A stretch of 64,000 nucleotides of DNA from Akkermansia muciniphila (lineage in GTDB: Bacteria > Verrucomicrobiota > Verrucomicrobiia > Limisphaerales > SIAT01): assembly GCA_945900775.1 (NCBI GenBank), contig CAMDJP010000004.1, positions 25,919 through 89,918 of the forward strand. Direction: 5' to 3'. The notes beneath the pieces were generated by a model that did not search any database, was not told the DNA's origin, and was given only the letters and a program-made list of their open reading frames with translations. Positions 58,501 through 64,000 of the stretch are shown here, in pieces. Position 1 is the first letter of the stretch; every line of letters begins with the position of its first letter. The position numbers were made by a program, and so were the translations under genes.

Positions 58501-58772
58501 TCAGGATGGAGGAGCATCAGGTCCGCACCCGGCTCCATCGTGACCGGTTGCGAGAAGTCGGTGTAGAAGCGCTTGTGCGTCTTGTCGCCCGCGCGATGCG
58601 CGCGGACGTACACGATATCGTAGTCCAGCTTCACCGACTTATCGGTGCGCACATGCGGCACGTTCGTGTCGAGCGGCTGCTTGAAGAGCGGTTCCTTTTC
58701 CTGCGCGCGGGCGGTGCCGGACGCTGCGATGGCTAGCGTAAAAAGGAAGCGTGAGAGTACGTGCGTTTGCAT
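55575..58772 (-). CDS. Large secreted beta-propeller protein with two C-terminal CxxCH motifs (HzsA-related architecture)
   Basis: Internal ATG at 58770-58772 gives the signal peptide MQTHVLSRFLFTLAIAASGTARAQ. PD40/propeller-like segments (LLHPDGSEELL, RIVFTSNRDG, WTIHPDGSNW). CGGCH lies at 56712-56726 and CTACH at 56469-56483. Confidence 0.8.
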   Translation of the reverse strand: MQTHVLSRFLFTLAIAASGTARAQEKEPLFKQPLDTNVPHVRTDKSVKLDYDIVYVRAHRAGDKTHKRFYTDFSQPVTMEPGADLMLLHPDGSEELLVTGGTGSITDPMVSFDGEWVYYSHLHNLQKASPWTPPRQGSDIFKIHVKTRRIVRLTNQRFTPNTGAADWADGFRPGQQGKAHFDYGVFNMGPCPLPGGRIVFTSNRDGFRPSKGYPSIALQLFVMDDSDASIGDNETPVNLEKIGHLNIAGALHPVALADGRILFSTLESQGIRSEISWGIWTIHPDGSNWAPLVSAFDPGGAANGFHFQTQLSDGSIIVEEYYNQNNSGFGAYIKMPPTVTFSPAHMGSPRNPALRFGRFDNGKGKYYRMPFMPEQAISFTPFALNNEGPADRAVLGDKTSPAVGKFTHPSGAPDNHMLTVYSPGPVNHQYTYLPQLDGGIYLIKGGAVVNEPAQMRLIKNDPEYNESWPRALVPYSRTYGMKEPKRLVSLANDGKASKYLPEGTPFGLIGSSSLYKRESYPNGIVPAGKVTSTFSGRESDPWRGLDAFTSHGNGMPISLHNQGGDIGLYENSDIHAIRIIAMDPTTDRKGGAQNGRRFYNHASERLRILGEIPVRKFGTLAAGAKENVLGQPKDPDGEPDTSFLAKIPADTAFTFQTIDRRGMVLNTSQTWHQLRPGEVRTDCGGCHSHSQSPTDFRLTLAAKPDYKVWDLINTTPLLTTKARDESKQQWDTSNAGGLRLAQQVGTVVSPEYFRDIKPILDRSCTACHSKKFDKPAGQLALDADDELIQNEHHGKFPGTYYRLALDERAKFGHKPIGYDSWGYPNASRYIRKQASRRSLLVWKIFGDRLDGFTNDSHPSEAEPGAGFFTHKGERVPTDKNRHRYDLDFTGREMPPAAAVAGQAKNPAGDLVKVAPLTDSDRFMLVRWIDLGCPIDLDYDASNPARRGFGWALDDNRPTLALTLPRAGANMRLDRILIGMYDYYTGLDPGSLTVTASFAVDGAAAGDNLASLFKPGAQGVLELKFAKPITLLANAKITVSVKDKQGNVSRVERSFSVGSSQQRAAK

Positions 58773-58850
58773 AGCGTGAAGGTGAAATGATAGGGACGCC
58801 TCGTCGGTACGGCTATTCAATTCACGCCGTCCGAACTGGTTTTCAGGGGA

Positions 58851-60182
58851 TTACCGCGCAGCGGTCTTGGCGGGTTTGCGCTCGATACGGTAGAGCGACT
58901 TCTCGGTACGCAGGTAGAACGCGCCGTCCACCGCGGCAGGCGAGGCGAAGTGGCCGCTATCGAGCGTATTTTTGGCGAGCAGCTTGAATTGGTTTCCGGG
59001 TTCCAGTACGGCGGTGAAGCCGTCGCGGCTCGGGAAGTAGAGTTTGCCGTCGGCGAACAGCGGCGACGCTGAGAACTCGCCGCCGAGCCGCTCGCGCCAG
59101 CGTTCCTCGCCGGTCTTCGCGTCGAGGCAGGTGACGATGCCGCCGGAGTCGGTCACGAAATAAAGCGCGTCATCCACGAGAATTGGCGAGGGCATTTGAG
59201 GCGCGCCCTTTTTGTAGCGCCAAGCAATCTGCGGCGGTTGAGTGCCGTCGTAGCGCACGGCGAGCATCTCGGATTTCATAAAGCTGGTACTCAAGTAAAT
59301 CATCCCATGGCCGATGACGGGGCGGGGGACAATCGAGAATCCAAGTACTTCATATTTCAGCTTCCACAATTCCTTCCCCGTGGCTGGCTCGTAGCTGTAT
59401 AGCCAATCGGCGGCCGGCGAGAGAATCTGGGGCTTGCCGGCGAACTCCACAGCGAGTGGCGTGCCGTAGGCTTTCTTGAGCTGCGCATTTGGGTTCATCG
59501 CGCCGGAACGAGGTGTTTTCCAAGCCAGCTTGCCGGTGCGTTTGTCGAGAGCGGCGATGTACTGCACGTCGCTGCCGTCGCAGTGGAAAATCACGAAGTC
59601 ACCGGAAACGATGGGCGAAGAGCCGGGGCCATTCTCGTGCATCAGCTTCAAATCACGATTGGTCCAGAGAACCTTTCCAGATTTCGTGTCGAGGCAGGCG
59701 GTGCCGAACGTGCCGAAGTGCGCGTACAGGCGGCCGTTCTCGAGCACGGGCGTCGGCGAGGCGTAGCTGTTGAGCCGATGAATCCACTGCGGCTCTTTTT
59801 CGTTGAGGAGCTCGATGTTGTCCAACACACGCCCGGTGCGGCGGTCCACGCACACGGCGCGAAGGCTGACGGATTCGAGCACTGTGAGGGGCTGATTGCC
59901 GGTGTTACTCTTGGTTCGCCGTGCCGCATCTTCGGGCTTGGCGGAAGTTTCGATGGCGGTGGTGAGCCAAATCTGGTCGCCGGCGATGACGGGCGATGAC
60001 CAGCCACGTCCGGGGAGGGAGGTCTTCCAAGCTACATTCTCCGTCTCGCTCCACGTGGCGGGCAGGCCGGTGGTTTTGGCGTGGCCTTGGCCGTTCGGAC
60101 CGCGCCATTGAGGCCAGTCTTCGGCGGCGAGGAGAGGAGCAAGAAGAAAAATGGACGCGAGTGCGAAGAACAGTTTCATCAA
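58851..60182 (-). CDS. Secreted PQQ-like (BamB-type) beta-propeller repeat protein
   Basis: Signal peptide, then the hallmark EDWPQWRGPNGQGH. Repeated ..SSPVI.GD.I.. / ..CLD..TGK..W blades. Confidence 0.85.
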   Translation of the reverse strand: MMKLFFALASIFLLAPLLAAEDWPQWRGPNGQGHAKTTGLPATWSETENVAWKTSLPGRGWSSPVIAGDQIWLTTAIETSAKPEDAARRTKSNTGNQPLTVLESVSLRAVCVDRRTGRVLDNIELLNEKEPQWIHRLNSYASPTPVLENGRLYAHFGTFGTACLDTKSGKVLWTNRDLKLMHENGPGSSPIVSGDFVIFHCDGSDVQYIAALDKRTGKLAWKTPRSGAMNPNAQLKKAYGTPLAVEFAGKPQILSPAADWLYSYEPATGKELWKLKYEVLGFSIVPRPVIGHGMIYLSTSFMKSEMLAVRYDGTQPPQIAWRYKKGAPQMPSPILVDDALYFVTDSGGIVTCLDAKTGEERWRERLGGEFSASPLFADGKLYFPSRDGFTAVLEPGNQFKLLAKNTLDSGHFASPAAVDGAFYLRTEKSLYRIERKPAKTAAR

Positions 60183-60251
60183 TTACAAAGGATGTTAGTC
60201 AAAAAGGCAGGGTTGTCTGAACGTCGCGAAAGGCAAGGGGCGCGTGGCCGC

Positions 60252-61715
60252 TCAGAAGAGTTGCCGAATGGTTGGCGCGTTCTCGACGAGTTGAGCGAGG
60301 TCGCGGGGCACGCCGCGAGCCACGCGGAGTTCGCCGATGTCGAACAGCGTGTGCATCACCGTGCCGAGCAGCATCTGCGGTGTGACGGGATCCTCGGCGG
60401 GTTCGCCGTTGTTGCGGTCGGACTTACCGATGACCTGGCCCATCCGCAGACCACCGCCAGCCAGGGCGAGTGTGCCAAGGCTGGCCCAGTGGTCGCGGCC
60501 ACCGTTCTTGTTCACCTTCGGCGTGCGGCCGAAATCGCCCGTGATGACGAGCAATACCTTGTCAAAAAGGCCCCGCGCATCGAGGTCTTCGAGGAACGCG
60601 CTCACGGCCTTGTCCACGGTCGTTCCGAGCATATTCATGCCCTTCACGATGCCGGGGTTGTTGCCGTCGGCGTGCATATCCCAGCCTGCGCTGTGGACGG
60701 TGACGAAGCCTGCGCCGTTCTCGACGAGCCGGCGCGCGAGCAGCATCTGCTGGCCGAGGGTGGAGGGGCGGAAAGTTTTGTGGCCGATTTTCATCCGGCT
60801 CGTGTCGTAGCGCTCGACGAGGCGCTTGTCCTCCTTCGAGAGATCAAACGCCTTCGCGGCGCTGCCGAGGATGAGGTCGAAGGCCTGCTGGTTGAATTTG
60901 TCAGCCGCATCGAACTGGCGCGCGGCATCGGTGTCGCGACGCAGACGGTCGAGGGAGTTGAGCAGCGTACGGCGGTCATCGAGGCGATCTTCGGACACGA
61001 TGAGTTTCATGTCGTCCGCCACGGAACCAGCGCGGGGTGAGTTGCTGTTCTTGTTGCCGCCTTTGCCTTTCGAGCCCATCTCCGCTGATCCTTCGCCGTT
61101 ATGCTGGAAGGGGCCGTACGCGGGCCCCAGTACGCCGGGCGCGGAGCCCCGTTCGGCCCGCGACTTTTCACGCGAGTACTGGCTGTCCACTTCGTTGGCA
61201 CCAAGGAACGCGTAGGTGGGCAGGCCAGTTTTCGGATGGTTCGCGCCTCGCAGGCGGGCGTAGATGGAGCCGATGCTCTGGGCCTTCGCGGCGTCCTTCG
61301 AATCGGCGCCGCCGGTCAGCACGTGTACGTGCGCCGCGTCGTGGTCGCCCACGCGATGGTGGAACGAGCGGACGACGGCCATGCGGTGCGCCCATTGGCC
61401 AAGCTGCGGGAAGGTGCCTCCGAAGGTGACACCCGGCAGCGACGTGGCCACTTCGCCGGTGAGCGAGTGGTACGGCGCCGGCGCGTCCATATTCGGGTTG
61501 AAGGTTTCGATATGGCTCGCGCCGCCGGAGAGGTAGAGCATAACTACCGCCTTGTCGCGGATGAAGTGACCTCCGTTGCTGGCGGCGAGGGCGCGGCCGG
61601 CGATCAGATCCGCAATCGAAAGGCCGCCGAGGCCGAGCGAGCCGACGCGCAGGAAATCGCGCCGGGAAACGCCGGAGCAATTACGGGGGCCGGAGGCGGT
61701 CTGGAGAGTCAACAT
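60252..61715 (-). CDS. DUF1501 protein (fourth copy, Tat-exported)
   Basis: ATG at 61713-61715. Tat motif VSRRDFLRVGSLGLGG. Also VVMLYLSGGASHIETFNP and GRDHWASLGTLALAGGG. Confidence 0.9.
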   Translation of the reverse strand: MLTLQTASGPRNCSGVSRRDFLRVGSLGLGGLSIADLIAGRALAASNGGHFIRDKAVVMLYLSGGASHIETFNPNMDAPAPYHSLTGEVATSLPGVTFGGTFPQLGQWAHRMAVVRSFHHRVGDHDAAHVHVLTGGADSKDAAKAQSIGSIYARLRGANHPKTGLPTYAFLGANEVDSQYSREKSRAERGSAPGVLGPAYGPFQHNGEGSAEMGSKGKGGNKNSNSPRAGSVADDMKLIVSEDRLDDRRTLLNSLDRLRRDTDAARQFDAADKFNQQAFDLILGSAAKAFDLSKEDKRLVERYDTSRMKIGHKTFRPSTLGQQMLLARRLVENGAGFVTVHSAGWDMHADGNNPGIVKGMNMLGTTVDKAVSAFLEDLDARGLFDKVLLVITGDFGRTPKVNKNGGRDHWASLGTLALAGGGLRMGQVIGKSDRNNGEPAEDPVTPQMLLGTVMHTLFDIGELRVARGVPRDLAQLVENAPTIRQLF

Positions 61716-61793
61716 GGCTTTGTTGCGTTTTTTTTGGACTGGTCGGACGGCGCCTTCATTCACCGTCCGACTCGCGCCAGATATTCTTTGAGG

Positions 61794-62882
61794 CTACTTC
61801 TTTTCCACAATCCAGATATTACGGAACTGGAGCGGGTTGCCGTGGCCCTGAAGTTTAATCGGGCCGGGCGTCCCTTCGGGGTCATTACGTGAACCGCCGG
61901 TCTTTCCGGTAATCTCGAGGTTGTCGTGAATGAGTACGCCGTTGAGTTTGAGCGTCATCCGCGCGTTCTTGATTTTCTTGCCGGTCTCGTCGGCGACGGC
62001 GTTCGTGAACTCGACATCGTAGGCCTGCCACACGAGCGGCGATAGGCACATGTTCAGCTTCGGTTCGGCCTTAGTGTACACGCCGCCGGTCTCGTTGTTT
62101 TTGCCGTCGAGACCAAACGAGTCGAGAATCTGCACCTCGTAATGGTCCACCTGATAGAAGCCAGAATTACCGCGACCTTGGCCGCGTGCGTCGGGGCGGT
62201 AGGGGAGGAGAAATTCAACGTGCATGGTGTAATTGTTGAACTTCTTCAACGTGAGGATGTCCGCGCCGTCGGTATTGAGCAGCTTAGTCTTCTCATCCAC
62301 ACGGCCGCCTTTCCATTCTGTCTTGCCGGTGCCGTCGAAGAGAACAATCGCACCGGCGGACGGCTTGGCGCCCATCGAGGGGCTGACGCGCGTGGTCTTC
62401 TTCAGGGAGATGGCCTCGCCGCCCTCAATCTTGACCGTGAAGGTGTCGCCGCTGATGGTGCCGGTCGCGGCCTTGTGGCCGTGGGGCGGATTCGTGCTGG
62501 TGGCGCTGAACTCCTCCGGCTTCTGCGCGAGATACTTCTTGCCCGCAGCGGCGGCGGTGAAGATGCCGTTGCCGCCATCGTTCTTGCCGTCGAGCAGGAT
62601 CTTCTGCTTGCCGTCCCAGCCCGCGCCGGGAAGCCCGCCAGGGTAGAGGACGGCTTGGAAAGTCGACTTGCCGAGGGCGATCACCTGCGCACCGAAGTTG
62701 TAGCCCGCGTACTCGCCCTGCAGCTTAAAGTCGCTGGGGATTGTGGGGTCGGTCGCGTCGGTCCAGACGACTTTGCCGCCTTTTTCAGCCTTGCCGTCCT
62801 TCTCGGCCGCGGGGAGCTGTGAAAGGGGCGTGAGGGTTGCGAGTACGAGTGTGAGTGTGAAGTGACGACAGTTGAGTTTCAT
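61794..62882 (-). CDS. Secreted DUF1080 (3-keto-disaccharide hydrolase-like, concanavalin-fold) protein
   Basis: Signal peptide. C-terminal domain with KFNNYTMHVEF, NSGFY..YEVQILDS and IKLQGHGNPLQFRNIWI, typical of DUF1080. Confidence 0.85.
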   Translation of the reverse strand: MKLNCRHFTLTLVLATLTPLSQLPAAEKDGKAEKGGKVVWTDATDPTIPSDFKLQGEYAGYNFGAQVIALGKSTFQAVLYPGGLPGAGWDGKQKILLDGKNDGGNGIFTAAAAGKKYLAQKPEEFSATSTNPPHGHKAATGTISGDTFTVKIEGGEAISLKKTTRVSPSMGAKPSAGAIVLFDGTGKTEWKGGRVDEKTKLLNTDGADILTLKKFNNYTMHVEFLLPYRPDARGQGRGNSGFYQVDHYEVQILDSFGLDGKNNETGGVYTKAEPKLNMCLSPLVWQAYDVEFTNAVADETGKKIKNARMTLKLNGVLIHDNLEITGKTGGSRNDPEGTPGPIKLQGHGNPLQFRNIWIVEKK

Positions 62883-63060
62883 CCAGTTTCGTGTGTTGCG
62901 GTTGCTGTGTGCAATGGAGTTCTAACGTGCCGCCGCTGCGAAGTCACGCGCGGAAGCAGGGGTTTCGACCGCGTTCATCGTCGCCGTATTCGGACAATGA
63001 AAAGCCCCGGCCTTCCGGCCGAGGCTGTGTCCCTGTACCGCGATGCGTTTCTTCCGAATG

Positions 63061-63576
63061 TCAGCGGAGGTTCTGTCGCTGGGTCTGCTGGCTGCCGGTC
63101 TGCCTACCACCATATACGCCAGTGTTAGAAGGTTGCTGGTAGCCACCGCGAGTGTAGCCGCCTCCATTCATCGGTTGGCCCATCTGACCACCGCGGTTCA
63201 TTTGGCCACCACCGCCCATCTGACCACCACCGCCCATCTGACCACCACCGCCCATCTGACCACCACCGCCCATCTGACCACCGCGGTTCATTTGGCCACC
63301 GCCGCCCATCTGACCACCGCGGTTCATTTGGCCACCGCCGCCCATCTGACCGCCATTATTCGGCTGCTGGTAGCCGTTTTTATTGTAGCCACCTTGGTTG
63401 GACCCGGTGTTGGACTTAGGGTATTGCCCAGATCCGTTCTTGTTGTACCCGTTCACGCCCGTTCCGGTCTGCCCCGTGGTTCCCTGCTTCTGGCACGCGC
63501 TCACAGTAGCTGCAAAGGCTGGTGCCGTTGCGAACGCGAGCAGGGTGAGGCCGCTGAGGAGGAGTCTGTATTTCAT
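63061..63576 (-). CDS. Secreted or lipid-anchored low-complexity Gly/Gln/Asn/Met/Tyr-rich repeat protein
   Basis: Signal peptide MKYRLLLSGLTLLAFATAPAFAATVSAC, with a possible lipobox VSAC. The mature part is almost entirely G/Q/N/M/Y/T. Its core is GGGGQM and GGGGQMNRGGQM repeats. Confidence 0.7.
   Translation of the reverse strand: MKYRLLLSGLTLLAFATAPAFAATVSACQKQGTTGQTGTGVNGYNKNGSGQYPKSNTGSNQGGYNKNGYQQPNNGGQMGGGGQMNRGGQMGGGGQMNRGGQMGGGGQMGGGGQMGGGGQMGGGGQMNRGGQMGQPMNGGGYTRGGYQQPSNTGVYGGRQTGSQQTQRQNLR
63181..63354. repeat. Perfect in-frame tandem repeats (18-bp and 36-bp units) inside the 63061-63576 CDS
   Basis: The 18-bp unit CATCTGACCACCACCGCC occurs three times (63217-63270). The 36-bp unit CATCTGACCACCGCGGTTCATTTGGCCACCRCCGCC occurs at 63181-63216, 63271-63306 and 63307-63342. 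A partial unit follows to 63354. Confidence 0.9.
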
Positions 63577-63789
63577 AGGATCTCCGTTTGTTGGGTTGAG
63601 TTTGCCGACTTCACGAAACTTATTCGTCGAATAAGCAAAGTCAAATTTTCTAATTAACAGATTTTAAAAAACTTTTCCTGAACAGCTCGGACCAGCTCCG
63701 GTAGAAGATTGGGGTTGCCTAAAGCACCATCTTGTCACCCGCTGGGGTGACCGGAGTAGAGGTATTGCTCTGGAGGGAAGGGGAGGCGG

Positions 63790-64000
63790 TTACTGCGCCG
63801 TCTTGGCGCGGGCGTCGTCGAGCAGCTTCATGAAGGCCCCGAAGTAGTGGCCGTTGTCGTGGAAGGTGCGGCCGGAGACGAGGTTGCCGTCCACCACGCA
63901 CGGTTCGTTCACGTAAATGCCGCCACAGATCTCGAGGTCGAACTTGCACTTGTCGACGGTCGCCATCCGGCGGCCTTTCACGCAGCCGGCGCGCGCGGGG
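63790..64000 (-). CDS. DJ-1/PfpI-family protein (C-terminal part; N-terminus lies right of the window)
   Basis: The minus-strand reading frame is open to the window edge. ..AGCVKGRRMATVDKCKFDLEICGGIYVNEPCVVDGNLVSGRTFHDNGHYFGAFMKLL resembles the PfpI C-terminal half (VVDGNLVS.R). Confidence 0.65.
   Translation of the reverse strand, partial: PARAGCVKGRRMATVDKCKFDLEICGGIYVNEPCVVDGNLVSGRTFHDNGHYFGAFMKLLDDARAKTAQ

Noticed and set aside
63181-63354. Short direct repeats considered as a possible CRISPR array
   Set aside because: The repeats are contiguous with no spacers. They are 18/36 bp, in frame and lie inside a CDS. No cas genes are nearby.
63043-63657. 204-aa plus-strand ORF with HLTTTAHLTTTA repeats
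   Set aside because: It is the mirror image of the minus-strand GGGGQM repeat gene. It lacks a signal peptide or any start context, whereas the minus-strand ORF has a clean signal peptide.

Overview
High-GC chromosomal segment. Its gene content points to the PVC superphylum, most likely Verrucomicrobiota: four DUF1501 proteins, two PSCyt/DUF1549/DUF1553 giants, and ThuA-, DUF1080- and HzsA-like proteins. I could support about 52 protein-coding genes. I recognised no rRNA, tRNA, CRISPR array, transposase or prophage.

Layout from left to right:
- 1-842: 5' part of a divergently transcribed FHA-domain Ser/Thr kinase.
- 954-12504: nine tightly packed + strand genes. They mix three consecutive SPFH/band-7 paralogs with two ABC-2-like permeases, an ABC ATPase, a His-rich P1B metal ATPase, a Cys-rich zinc-ribbon membrane protein and an unknown membrane-anchored protein.
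- 12535-19680: orphan family-5 solute-binding lipoprotein, gltX, chrA, pgsA and two peroxiredoxins.
- 19708-24917: minus-strand sulfate assimilation operon (sulfite reductase, cysH, cysD, cysN), ending in a translationally coupled tandem-DUF2061 membrane protein.
- 25375-39266: an island of secreted proteins of unknown function. It holds two PSCyt/DUF1549/DUF1553 + DUF1501 modules, an extra DUF1501, a ThuA-like protein and a metzincin-Ig protein.
- 39416-53927: housekeeping genes (ruvC, ruvA, priA, purC, a xer recombinase, zwf, pgl) plus a small polysaccharide cluster.
- 55575-63576: minus-strand cluster of exported proteins. It contains a 1065-aa beta-propeller protein with two CxxCH motifs (hydrazine-synthase-alpha-like architecture), a PQQ-like propeller, DUF1501, DUF1080 and a Gly/Gln/Met-repeat lipoprotein built on perfect 18/36-bp tandem repeats.

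Most interesting candidates:
- the SPFH-transporter operon;
- the repeated PSCyt/DUF1553-DUF1501 modules, one of which is split by a pseudopilin gene remnant;
- the HzsA-like cluster;
- a metzincin whose signal anchor has no canonical start codon.

All family assignments come from motif recognition by eye. No database search was possible.
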